A DNA stretch of 64,000 bases from Fistulifera solaris. Taxonomy: Eukaryota. Position 1 is the stretch's first letter. Each line of letters starts with the position of its first letter. A program made the translations under genes and the position numbers. Location: assembly GCA_030295235.1 (NCBI GenBank), contig AP026176.1:372001-436000 (forward strand), written 5' to 3'. Under the pieces are notes generated by a model. It saw only the letters and a program-made list of their open reading frames with translations. It had not been told where the DNA came from and did not search any database. Below are positions 36,504 to 48,409 of the stretch, one piece after another.

Positions 36504-37902
36504 TCAAGTCATATCCGCAGTGACCTCCACGTGTTGTAAGGTTCCGACATCGTCCAAATAAATGATAGAAACATACTGGTCGCCGACGTATTCGATTCCT
36601 TCCTCACTTTCTATTAGGCGGGCGGTCTCGTCGCTTTCCATGGTTTGATTCTTCAAGAACTCTTTTCCATATTGCACTGCATACTGATATCCGGTATCGT
36701 CCAAAAGACTTCGCTGACGGAGAAGTCGTCGTCGTGTCGGTAGCTCACATTCGCTCGTACAGGCATAATTCGTATAATTATCCGCGGCCGTGTAATTGAC
36801 CGTAAATCCCAAATCCTCCATGGCGCCCACGGTAATCACCGACAAGGGCAGATCCAATGCGGACACAAATCCCGTCATGAGCTCCGTTCGCAGACATTGC
36901 TCATCAAAATGCGAACAAGCGGTGCCCGATCCACCCTCATTTTCAATCGGCACCGCAACGTCGGGTCCACATCCCGTTACATTTTGCCACGCCCGACTGG
37001 CGGCCGAATTCAGTTTGTAATGACAAGACGGATCTCGATTATTGATGAGACCCATTTTGTCCCAAACAACTCGGTTTAAACCGAACTGAAGGAGGAACGA
37101 TGACAAGGTTGAGAATTGAGCGCACGTATCAACAAAAATCTAATTTGCATTTTAAATTTTTAGAACGTACCACATGGCCCATTTCGTGTAGCTGGGCGAG
37201 ATGAAGAGCAAATATTCACGTGAGATTTACGCTCCAGATAATGACAGGCCGAAATAAAAGAATCATGAAACACTGTCAATGACAATACGTACCACAATCC
37301 CCTTCAATTGGCCACTCCCTAACAGCCAATCCAAGTCAGCTTCATCAAAGAGCATACTCCCAAAGACCGTTATTCCGTTGTGACGCCGTCGATAGCCGGT
37401 ACTCGCTCTCGCCAACACGACGCGTCTTCCATCAATGGCTCCGACTCGCACACAGACCAGCACATCATCGACGACACGCGGCAACGTCCCGATCTTACAA
37501 TCGGAAGTAAAAGGACCTTTTCGGATCAGCGGAATCCGTTGACTGGGCAAATCTCCCGTCACGACCGATTCCCATCGCGTCGCCGCTTCTTCAAACGCCA
37601 TTTGTATGGTTTCGTTGCGGACATTTCGATAAATAATGGTGACATCAAAGTCGGGGTAATCCCATTCGGCGCAGGTTCCACATTCCCAGCCCCGCAGTGC
37701 AGGTAACAAGAAGCGGAAGCGACATTCGTCCCGACATTGGTCACTGTGCGCCCGAACGCGGCGCATCCGACTCCGTGCTTTGCCGCAATCGAGTCGAGGA
37801 CAGTGCGAGGAACGCGATTGGGTTGAGAATTGGGCTTTCACCGCTCGATCCTTTCGTATAAAAAAGAGTTGCTGTTGTTAATATCGTATGAAAAAGCTTC
37901 AT
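36504..37902 (-). CDS. Second M8/leishmanolysin-like peptidase (tandem paralog); exons ~37902-37293, 37191-37171, 37085-36504; frameshift in the 5' part
   Basis: LHEMGHV; PIENEGGSGTACSHFDE; ELMTGF; TVGAMEDLGF; same intron positions as the paralog. Confidence 0.88.
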
Positions 37903-38307
37903 ATTGATTTAGAATACATTGTAATGAATTGAATGATCCAAAGAGATTGATCGAATCAACGGAGTGTCGTCGACTCGACTCCTCTTGCTTTTGGCGTTTG
38001 CCTGTGTGCAATCTTTATAGAAAGTCACAATATGCCCGCTCGTTTTCAGCATGCGCGAGTGAATTGAACAGGTTATTGTCGACTGATACGTACCGACTTA
38101 ATAACTATGAGTAAGAGTGTAGCTCAGGTCATTGCGGAGTCACGGCAGTCATGCTTTGGGCAGTTGAGTCACGTGAAGCTAGGACATCACTAATCCTAAG
38201 AAATCATCATCTCATTAATTCACGCAGAAACACATTCGTAAGGTTAGGATGAAAAATTAAGTAACCAGTATCCTCATTCACTGATCACTTGACTGGATGT
38301 ATGGAAG

Positions 38308-39270
38308 TCAAGACATCAAGAATTGAGCCGTCACACGCGCCACTTGTTCGTGCTGATCCGACAAGGATATCGTGCGCGTACCGTCCGGTCTCGGATACGT
38401 TTGATGCGGATAATCGCCAAAGCCACCATGGTTTCCTCCTACAACTTCGAAGCGTTGGATTTCCGGAGTCGACGGAAGTGGATCACCGAAACGAAAACCA
38501 TCTTGCGAGGCTGTGACCACGAGTTCGGGGACGGTCGGGGAGATGGGAGTTTCGCGTGGAAAATTCACGCCCCATAGCACCAGTTTGGAGATTTCGGGCA
38601 TTTTGGGCAACAATTCTTGTGCCGTAAGACCGCCGAAGGAATGTCCTCCCAGAGCCCAGTTCCGCACCGAGTGATTCGATTTTGCGAGTTCGTTGGTCGC
38701 ATGCTGCAAGACGTCCCGCAGAGCGTGTTCATCGAGACCAAAGAAAGGTGAAATCAATCGTCGGTATCGTTCTGTATGTAGCAAAATGATGGCAATGTTG
38801 CCCTTCTGACTCAATTTGTGACAAACACCGGCGTACGCTCGAGCATCAATCAATGCGCCTGGAAGAAGCACCAAGGCTACCACCGGATCATGGTTCGAGG
38901 AAGTGGGCAAAAATAAATCATAGAGCCCATCGACGATTCGAATGGTAGACTCATTTTGCGCATACACGTCGAGCGCCGTCGTGTTTGCATCCAGTCGCTG
39001 TTCGTACCATCCACGGGCGATCGGCTGACTTTGTTTCCATCGGGGTATCAATAAAAACAACAATCCGCAAGCCACACTCGCAGCGGCAATGGGGGAAGTC
39101 GGCGATAGTAACAGCAGGAGTAACGACGTGCTTTTAAAAGTAACCGCAAAACGCTGTTGCGTAGGAAAGAGACGAGGGAATTCTTGATGAAATTGATAGG
39201 CGACGGCGTCCGTTTGACAATTCCACAAGGAAACGGGTGAGTTAGACGTCAAGGCACTTTGTTGCAACAT
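38308..39270 (-). CDS. Alpha/beta hydrolase (Abhydrolase_5-like carboxylesterase)
   Basis: LLPGALIDARAY, WALGGHSFGG, ASQDG, VVGGNHGGFGDY...DG.RTISLSDQHEQV. Confidence 0.88.
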   Translation of the reverse strand: MLQQSALTSNSPVSLWNCQTDAVAYQFHQEFPRLFPTQQRFAVTFKSTSLLLLLLSPTSPIAAASVACGLLFLLIPRWKQSQPIARGWYEQRLDANTTALDVYAQNESTIRIVDGLYDLFLPTSSNHDPVVALVLLPGALIDARAYAGVCHKLSQKGNIAIILLHTERYRRLISPFFGLDEHALRDVLQHATNELAKSNHSVRNWALGGHSFGGLTAQELLPKMPEISKLVLWGVNFPRETPISPTVPELVVTASQDGFRFGDPLPSTPEIQRFEVVGGNHGGFGDYPHQTYPRPDGTRTISLSDQHEQVARVTAQFLMS

Positions 39271-40023
39271 TGTTTTATGAGGAAAGTTGTTGACTTTACT
39301 TTTCTTTTGGATGAAAGAATGGATATTTATAGTGTCGACGACTTGGTCGACGACGGATTTATGCAAAGAAAAAAGATTTCACCAAGGAGGGTTCTCAAAC
39401 CTTTTCTCCTCTAAATCTGGGAGCCAAAATCACAGCGTTACCCAACGCATAAGATCATGAGATTGTCTTATTAGGTTGTCTTTGCTCCTCGCAAGTATCT
39501 GAAGCTCAAAATCACAACGTTACCGAACGAATAAGTTCAGAATGTGATATGATGGGGTCGTCCATTTCTTGACGTCGTTCGATCAAAAAGCTGACGACTG
39601 TTGTCGGTGAATCAATTCGAGAGAGATACAGGAAAGAAAAAGATAATTGAGATCTATTGATGGTAACCTCTAGATGATGATAAGGTGATCTCAATTGTTA
39701 TGAGCTACGAGGTTGCTATCGAATGGTCGCTCCGAATACTGGTGGATGCCGTGATCCGAGAGGGTTACGGGTTGGTCGGTTGACGTACAGAAACTGGCAA
39801 ACAACATCTATTGCAACAACAAAATGCTGTTCTATCACCTAATATTGCAGTAAAAACAATGAAGTGGCCAAAGGAAAGAGCGAGAGGTGAACTATAACGC
39901 CAAAATAGCAATCCTTGTTACTAAGCAATTAAAAGCATACTCTACTATTTGAAAAAACGACCAAAGAAACCGTCAAATTTGGTTCAAGACAGTTTCATGT
40001 AAGTACCTACCAAAATTGTGAAA

Positions 40024-40317
40024 TTAATTGAACCAGTCACAACAAATAAATCGATCGCACCCCGTGTCGTCCTCGTCGGTCGATGGGGCCGTCGATGGCG
40101 CCTTCGATGGTGCCTTCGAAGGGGCGGTGGAAGGAGCACGCGACTTGGTCGGGGCCGCAGACGGCGGTGTCGATGCGGCCGGTAAAGGAGCTTCCGATGG
40201 ACTGATGGACGGTAACGCTTCGGGTGCATCCAAATGGCGATCCCATTCTCCTTGCACGAAAGATGATGATAATAGAAGTAGTAGCGCGGCTTCGAATAAA
40301 AAGACAGGGTGTCGCAT
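40024..40317 (-). CDS. Small secreted protein with PSxAP repeats and C-terminal CDRFICCD motif
   Basis: Signal ending SSSFVQG; APSTAPSKAPSKAPSTAPS; acidic linker; Cys-rich tail. Confidence 0.7.
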   Translation of the reverse strand: MRHPVFLFEAALLLLLSSSFVQGEWDRHLDAPEALPSISPSEAPLPAASTPPSAAPTKSRAPSTAPSKAPSKAPSTAPSTDEDDTGCDRFICCDWFN

Positions 40318-41170
40318 GATGATGTTATTGGTATGATCGAAGGATAGGCTGGAAGGAATGGTGGAATAACGTCGAAGCCAAGCAATGCAAAGCAATGCAA
40401 CTTTGGAAAAGAGAAGAACGCAAGAAAAAACAATAGTCGTCGGCTCATTTTTGTCGGCACTTTTCTCCTCCGCATTCTCAGTATACGCTTGAGAATACAC
40501 GAAACGGCCTTGCCTGAAGACGTCTCTACTACTGTTATCACTGGCTAAAATAGGTACTATAAGTCGTACTGTGGCGGCATAAAGCCATTCACGTGTTACA
40601 TTCCGGTAAGCAAGACGCAAGACTCCGATGTAATACGGAGTACTATTATTGTGTAGGCTGAAGTTGGTTTCTGACATTTTTCAGTCTCGCTGAACGCTGA
40701 AACGCACATCCCGCATCTCGCGTGCGACGTCAAAACACAAAGGAATGAATGAATAGAAGAAAAAACTTGAGTGCGGTGTTACAATGTTCTGTGTGCTGTA
40801 CGAGTGCAGCTCGACATGCGACCATCATATCGAGTCTTTTTCACTCCCTTTTTGGCGATCGTGCTGCACGAGCGTGAAACAATCATGGATCAAATTAATT
40901 GGGAAAACTGACGACTTTGGCTTCATTCCTTGACTTCAAAACGCCAGCTCGTATTGTTGATTGCTGGCGATTGTGTAAGGTAACAACAGGGTGACAAATC
41001 AGCACACTAACTTTGTTTGAGTTGACAAAGAGTGATAAATTATCTCTCTCAGTTTCGAGTGAGTATTATCTTTGGACAAATGAGGGCTGAACGTTCAATG
41101 CTATCTTTTTACAGTAAATGCGTCGCGCTCATAAAGGCTGACAATCTGGCTCATCCCCAGAAGACTTTAC

Positions 41171-41971
41171 TCAGCGGTCACAGCAGAAAATACGAGAACA
41201 TTCATCGGTCGTCGTAAAGCACCATTCCGGAGGATCGCTCGACATATTACATATGCCTTCTTTGATGAATTGCGTGTACGCACTCACTCTGGTGTTGATA
41301 CCTGGATAGTTGGGACGCGCACACCCCACGCCGACGGAGACAATAGCCACCACCGTGTCGCCCACCAAAAGTGGACCACCGGAATCCCCTTGACAACTGT
41401 CTTTGCCGCCGGTCAGTTCTCCCGCGCAAATTTGTGTCACAGGATCGGCTCCCATGGTCTCGACGCAGGTTTGTGCGCTTTGTACCGTCAGCGCGACTTC
41501 CAACAAGATCGACGAGACATCCCCGCCTTCGGACGTCGCACCAAAGCCAATAACATCAACCTTCGAATTGCTGGCTGGAACCGAGGCCTTGGTATTCCAT
41601 TGCGCCACAGGTGAGGAGCTTGCCGACGTCAATTTGATGAGCATTATATCATTCTCGTACGTGTTGGTATCGTACAGAGGATGCAGTAACTGTTGCTGGA
41701 CGGTATTCGTTTCATCGCCTTCACCCGACAATTCAATGGCACCAATGTAGACGGTCTGGTCAATCGCAAATGCTTCATCACAGTGCGCCGCGGTCAATAC
41801 AATGTCCGAGTGAATCAAAGTGCCGCCGCAAATAGTTCCCCGTGTATGCACATAGAAGGGATATTCCCCATCGGTGGCCGGTGCTCCGCCAACAATCCGC
41901 CCCTGCACCGATGAAAGAGAAAGTGAAATGATAAGGGACGATAAACCGCTGCGGACGAAACTGTTTCTCAT
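41171..41971 (-). CDS. Secreted trypsin-like serine protease (S1A)
   Basis: R-IVGG activation site, CGGTLI, LTAAHC, NDIMLIKL, KDSCQGDSGGPL, GVGCARPNYPGINTRVS. Confidence 0.96.
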   Translation of the reverse strand: MRNSFVRSGLSSLIISLSLSSVQGRIVGGAPATDGEYPFYVHTRGTICGGTLIHSDIVLTAAHCDEAFAIDQTVYIGAIELSGEGDETNTVQQQLLHPLYDTNTYENDIMLIKLTSASSSPVAQWNTKASVPASNSKVDVIGFGATSEGGDVSSILLEVALTVQSAQTCVETMGADPVTQICAGELTGGKDSCQGDSGGPLLVGDTVVAIVSVGVGCARPNYPGINTRVSAYTQFIKEGICNMSSDPPEWCFTTTDECSRIFCCDR

Positions 41972-42635
41972 TCTATGAATTGAAGTTGCTGGCCAAATGT
42001 AAGATGCTAATTACTTAAAGGGGAATCAGATGATGAAGTATGTCAAATGATGATGATTTGCCATCGAAATGAGGGCGCCAACGGCGACGAAGAAATAAAT
42101 AATGCGTTTCGGTATGACATGCCCATTGACATGCGAGAAAAATGGATGGGGTCATCATTTCTCGCTTTGTAGGCTCTTGGTTAGTGGGTCTCTATACCTG
42201 TACTCTCTAGCTAGTCTAGAAAAGACCAAGAAACAAGTAGATCATCAAATGAAGGAACTTTTTGCGCCTTAGAGCAAACTGCTTGCCATAGATGAAAGAT
42301 GAACCTGCTGTTGATTCCGTTGATCATTACGGAGTATTATTATTTTTCTTCAGTGTTTTCAGAATTCTCGGTCTTATGTCCCGAAAAGTGTATTTCGAAT
42401 GTCTTTTTTCTCTCATTGAGGTGTAGGCTTTTTCTTCCGTGGTTTGCGGTTGCGCGCAGAGGTTAAGTTAAGTGTCGCACCGGCACGCAGCATATTTTCG
42501 TTCCGTTTGGCAGAGATCGGCCGATCGCGCATCATTGCATTCATTTTCGTTTGCACATCATTGTCAATAGAAACTTTAAACCAGCTTCCTTTTGTAATCA
42601 TTCCTCCCCACTCTTTACAAAAAAAGATACTTCTG

Positions 42636-43320
42636 ATGCCGTCGGTTCGGTTTTCCCCCTACGCACTGCTTCTGATTGTGTCGATTCTATTGCTCTCGAC
42701 TCCTCGAACGGAAGGAGAAGTTTACCCACCGCGTTTGACTTTTTACGTACAAGTTAGGTAAGTTTATGCCGTTTCGTAACTTGGGGCTTCATTCATGTGT
42801 CCGCTGATCATTTTTTGATTTTGATAGAGGAAAAGGAAAGAAACAAAAATTAGCGTCAGCAACATCCCAATTACCAGCGACCGTCAATGTCATGTCACAG
42901 CAACCTACTCCGATCGATGTAAGAAACAATAGAGTGGAGATAAATCTTCAGCAGCAGAAATTTCCTCGTGCAAAAGCTTTCACTCAGCGCTGGTCCAGTA
43001 CATCTTCTTTTCTCTGGCAAAGATCTTCGTCACTCGTGTCGGCCGCGCGAGAGCGTATTCCTCGACCAAAGCTACCCCGTTGGACGGTTCCTCCAGTAGA
43101 TTTAGCGAGACAGCGAGAAAATCTTGTCCAACAAACAGAACGAATCAAATCAATGCGAGCAAATGTCGCCAGGTGGCGGCCGCCATCCTCGTTCAATGAA
43201 TGGAAGTTGAATGCTCATCGATATATTAGCAAGAAGGAGGACGACGAGGACGAATCGTATATATTGGGTTATTATTTGTTCAGCTTCGCCGTCGGTCTAA
43301 CGTTTGATATGCTGTTTTAA
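42636..43320 (+). CDS. Hypothetical protein with signal peptide and C-terminal hydrophobic segment; probable intron starting at 42758
   Basis: MPSVRFSPYALLLIVSILLL; GTAAG donor; downstream ORF 42892-43320 ending YILGYYLFSFAVGLTFDMLF. Confidence 0.5.
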
Positions 43321-43765
43321 AGACGACAAGCAGAAGGGGGATTTCGTGTTCTCGGGGACAAGAAGAAAAGACGCGTGTACACCGGTCCTACATGATGACA
43401 AACGTTCGTTCACTTTGTTGTTATAATGCACCGAATAGTTTTCATGGCGACAAAGAATTGTAGTTAAATTTATACCCTTTTCAAATTTCAAATAATAGGT
43501 TTTTACTTCGTGAAATTACACCCGTGACTCAAGCCTTCTTTATGATTACGCAAGACCCGTGATTGCAGGCTTCGCATCGAGTGCCGTAAAAATGCGAACT
43601 CCAAAAAGATCACGACAAATAAATGCTTGTGACAAGCTTGTTCTTTGCAACAACAACGTGCAATCCGAAGATATCGTTCGCGAAGAAGTCTTGCTTTTCT
43701 TGTTTGATTTACATCATAAATCATCAACGTTTTCTTCTTTCAAAGAAATCATTTCGCTTCACAAG

Positions 43766-44422
43766 ATGCTTCGATTTACGATCCTTTTTTGCATGGGCTT
43801 CGTCGCCTCGGTTACGTCTCGCCCCTTCTATCCTACAAAAGTGCCGACATTCGGTATCGTTCGGTACGTGTTATTGTACGCGTGACCTTGAAAGAATATT
43901 GCAGTATCTGTCACTTACGATCACTTTCTCATCAGCGGAGGTTCAATTTCAAACAAATCGTTGACCGAAGACTACGAACGTGCCGAAAAGACTATTTTCA
44001 ACAGCCTCGTGGCAGCTGAAAAGGCCCTTGAACACGCTATTCACCAGGAAGTCGACGCGTTATTCCATGACGGTAAAGATCACCACAAAGCCAAGGCTTC
44101 CGAAGCTATTCAGAAAGGTGCCGCCCAAGTCCGCGAACGTCGCAACTTCCGGTCGTTATTGGACCGCAAGCACCCCAAAGTCCCCGATCATCCAGACTCG
44201 AGTCTTTTGTATGCTATAGAATCGTCCGAACAGGCCATGATGGATGCTGTGCGAAAAGAAGTGGATCTGTTGTTTCATTCCGAACCCAAGAAGGAGCAAG
44301 TGCAAACAGCACTCGCCAAAGTTCAGGCGCGCAAAGATCAACACGACGAAAAGCGACAGCAGTATTTGCTTTCCTCCTACCAAGATATGATTGAGACCTA
44401 CGAGAGTTATGTTTGGGAATAA
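43766..44422 (+). CDS. Hypothetical secreted helical protein with an internal repeat; intron ~43864-43935
   Basis: Signal MLRFTILFCMGFVASVTS; repeat AAEKALEHAIHQEVDALFH / SSEQAMMDAVRKEVDLLFH. Confidence 0.7.
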
Positions 44423-44590
44423 TAAACGATTGCAAGGAACGCTTTCATACAGTTGTCGGAAGAGCCGATGCTTGCAACAGTCCCGATGTCATAAGATTGT
44501 GGTGAAAAACTAACAACGTAATAATGACAATGATAAAAAGAGTTTATTCAGAGGTGGTCTATAGCGTGGATTTTTTAGAATGATTTAAGG

Positions 44591-44911
44591 TCATCTTATT
44601 AGAACGAGGAAATCGTTTTCCTCCATCGAAGGCACACGCTTCGGTCGCGACGGTGCTGTCGCGGAATGATTCGACGAATTCGAGATCCATCTATTTTCTT
44701 CGTCATCTTCTTCTTCCTTGCTCGCTTTGGTAGGAAACAATAAAATCTCTTTGGGCACATCGCTGGGTTGTCTGGTCAGCGCCTCTCGACGCTTTCGTCC
44801 GGGCATTCGCTTAGACACCGACAGCTGTGGACTGGATAGAGCAACGTTCATGTTGGGCGGTGGCAGTGGGCACACGTTGTTTGTGCTTCGTTTTGATCCA
44901 TAAAGTTCCAT
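44591..44911 (-). CDS. Small disordered protein of the RW...PxxPxRxxS group
   Basis: DVPKEILLF...ENRW...APSRPKRVPS parallels DIPKEVEL...DDRW...APTPPKRIPS of 28677-29033. Confidence 0.6.
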   Translation of the reverse strand: MELYGSKRSTNNVCPLPPPNMNVALSSPQLSVSKRMPGRKRREALTRQPSDVPKEILLFPTKASKEEEDDEENRWISNSSNHSATAPSRPKRVPSMEENDFLVLIR

Positions 44912-47434
44912 TGTTGGCAGGTTGGCGGTTTTTGTATTTATTTGATTAATGAAAGGATGTCGAAAGGCTTCGAAACTGGCTTTCACCGACTTTCGCAAAA
45001 TTCTGCGTTGGCTATTTTTGTGTGGAAGAAGTGCCAGTGCCGTCGGATGTTTGTCGTTCGCGCGCTTTTATTGGCAAAATCGCGATGAAAAAGTGCGACT
45101 TGTTTTCTCCGCAAACGCACAATGGAACAAAATGTAGGGAAGTCTTTTGTCTGTCGTCATAGCAAACGGTAGAAATTCGGACAGTGGAGCGAAGCGGCAG
45201 TGATCCGTGACCCGACGGACATATGGTCACTGACTAACAATCATAGACCAGCAAAATCCGGACAATAAGTCCGCGACAAAAAGTAGCCTACATTTCAGAT
45301 CGGATAATCGGAAAGAGAAATGTCACTATACATCTTTATGTAGGGGAATTGTAAAACGCGTGAACGCTCGGCGGAAATGAAGACAATTATCTTCGGACGG
45401 GGCATATACAGACATTGAACCTTGATATCCGTTGCTGATCTGGAAACCGAACCCGAGAACCGATGCGCTGGAGATCAGTACACAGCTGCGTGAGCAAACC
45501 AGTATCGGGCTAATGCATAACCGTTTTCCTGTTTTCCTTTGTACATTTCCCATAACACTGTGTAAATGTCGCCGCGTCGCCGCACCATAATCAAACGGAA
45601 CACTAGAAAAATACGGGTACGCGCGGAACACTCCGCACTCGACTTTGGGCCATTTGCCATTGGCACTTGCCACGGTTTCACGATCCGACTTGAGACTTGG
45701 GACTCACGACTTGCTTATCTCAGCGGTATCTGTCTATCGCTTATGATGTAGTCACCGACATTACATACGTAGTACTCTTTTTTCACGAATTATTGTTTCC
45801 TTTTGCGTGAAACAAATGAAACACAAAACACAACACACAACGGCATAAACTTAACGACAATGTCGACTTCTTCATAAACAACCCCTGATGAGGAGACAGA
45901 AAACAAGAACCAGCTGATTGTCGTACGTAGCTCGCTTTTGTCCAAATTTTCAGAGCAATGTTTGCATGTGTTGCATCGAAACTATGGGTTGCCAAAGAAT
46001 ACACGTGAACCTCAGCCAGCAATTCTTGGTCAGCTGAAAAAGGCGAACGTCCTTGCTAGGTGCACTCAATTTCAGGGACTTCGGCGGCGCCAGGTTTTAA
46101 TCATGCAAAAGTTTCATTTGTTTTTAAAAGACTCCATATATCAACATTGCGCTTTTTTCAATGTTCATTGAAATTTGGTTGTGCGGAAAACATCGCCCTA
46201 GCATGGATAGTGTGAATATATGAAAGCCTTTTGTCTGAGGTCCATTCTTAACAGTAGGGATTTCGGGGTGGGACCGGGATTTTTAGGCCATTTTAATTCA
46301 GGGTCGACGGACAGACGAAAATTTTAGGCCAAAAACAAAACTGGGATCGACTGGGATATCCTGAAAAAACATGGATCCCTGTTTTCAACCGGGATATCCT
46401 ACTTTGCTCCTGGAAGGTGGGACGAACGTGTTCATTAACTATTCTATATGGAAAAATGTAGAAACGTCTGTCGCAGAAGGACTTCAACATAATCATTTTA
46501 TTTTTATTTTGTCGCTTGCATTGAAATTCATTGTTACTCTTCACAATCGAAACAAGAAAGCAAATATTAAGTTTTTAGCGAGACAAACGGTGCATAATTG
46601 ATAAAAGAGACAGAGGGGCTAGACGAAAAGAAGCGATCGGATTGGGAGAAAATTAATTATGCTGCGTGACTTTAAAACTTAAAAGCGGTTTCGCTCACTC
46701 GAGTGCAATTCGAGGAAAAATTGTGAGCATTTTACGGCCAACAGATTTCTTCAAGATATCATTTTCTTTAACAATGTTAGAGGACCAATTGAGGTGAGTT
46801 TGGAGGTCTCAGTGACAATATCGGAAGAGATTGATATTAATTACTCTCTTGGAATTCAGAATATGTTTGTACTCGCAGAATGACAGCAAACGAGACCGAT
46901 GTTTAAAGTGTTACCCCGTTTCTCCTAATTTATCAAGTTACTGAAAGATAAGAAAGGGTGAATTGGACGCGATACGCTAGACTTATGCCACAAGAAAATT
47001 CAATCATGCCGCGGTCGTACTTCCGTATGCAATGAGATATTGAAACTAAAAGATACAGACGCTGCAAATTATAAGCGCACCAATAGATCCCGAAGAGCTT
47101 AAATTTTATAGTAAAAGTAAGGAGTTTATTAATTGGATCATATTTGGTTGAGCAAATCTATTTATTCTATTTTGCTGCTTTTGTAGGTGAGTCACGGATG
47201 CGGTTCGATGTTTTCGGCTCCAAAATGGTTGACAAGAATGACGTTGGATGAAAAACTGGGTGCTTGTCGGAAGTCTCTCCGTAACATACAATACAGTTTA
47301 CGCTTATATAGTAATTGTTTCAACGGAAACATTTGTACTCTACTCAATTGTACAACATTTCGGGATAAATTCCGATACACGTTTTATGCTATGAGCTTAA
47401 ATGCCGTTTGTCACTAAGTAATTTTTTGTCATTA

Positions 47435-47560
47435 TAGAGAGAAATTTTCTCTCTATATAGAGAAAATTCTCTTAAAGGGAGAACATTTCTCTCTAAGGGA
47501 GAAATCGAGAGAGAATCTCTCTCTAAGAGAGAAATTTTCTCACTTCAGAGAGAAATTTTC
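47435..47560. repeat. Array of near-palindromic AGAGAGAAATTTTCTCTCT units, copy 1
   Basis: About six degenerate units; the block recurs at 48250-48409. Confidence 0.9.
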
Positions 47561-48249
47561 ATTATGGAGTAAGACGATTTCTGTTTAGAGTTTTCCTCTG
47601 TTGAACGAATTTTATGTACTGTACAATGTGGGCGTCGGGCGTCGTTGCGTCGGTGCATTACTTTTCTGCTTGACAAGTATCGAAGAGGTTTCTTTTGCAA
47701 AGAGAAATTCATATCAACTCAAAACCTATTATCTAACGCTTTTGATTAATGGTAAGAATGAGAGACCAAAGGATTAAGAGGGAAATCTCTGAATGAACTG
47801 AGATGCGGCCGTGGCGTGCTGGAAACTCAACAAGCCCGGGAAAACGAAGCAGCCCCAGACCGCGGAAATTTGCCAGACTCTTCAGTCAGCATGGAAAAGA
47901 CAAACTGTGTCCAATGAGCCGCGGATCAAATATGTTTTCACAGTAAAAACAAAAGGGAAATTGAAAATGGAACGCACCAAACAGCACGACGCCGAGCCAA
48001 AATGGCACTCGGCTTGCACACGCCATTCGTCTTTCCAAAGCTAAGCCCCATTGTTCCTGTTGACGAGGTCAATTGATGACTAGCTATCGGGGGACAAATT
48101 ACATTTTAGTAATTAGAAATGCTTGTCTCGCTGCACCGTCTTTTGTTTTTGCGTTGGTTGTTTTGTGCGATAACGGTTGTTCGTTGTGTGTTGAGGTCTC
48201 TTCATCTTCGATTATTAACCTTAATTACACAAAGAAGTGAACGAAAGCA

Positions 48250-48409
48250 TAGAAAAAATATCTCTCTACAGAGAGAACTTTCTCTCTAAAGAGAGAAATA
48301 GGGAGAAATATCTCTTTAAGGGAGAAAATTTCTCTCTAAGAGAGAAATCGAGAGAAAATCTCTCTCTAAAGAGAGAAATTTTCTCACTTCAGAGAGAAAT
48401 TTTCTCTCT
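48250..48409. repeat. Array of near-palindromic AGAGAGAAATTTTCTCTCT units, copy 2
   Basis: Shares AAGAGAGAAATTTTCTCACTTCAGAGAGAAATTTTC and GAGAAATCGAGAGA with copy 1. Confidence 0.9.

Noticed and set aside
46400..47400. Possible transposase remnant inside the TIR element
   Set aside because: No DDE or Myb/SANT motif recognisable in any frame by eye; needs a translated search.
47435..48409. CRISPR or telomeric array
   Set aside because: No unique spacers between units and not a G-rich telomere motif.
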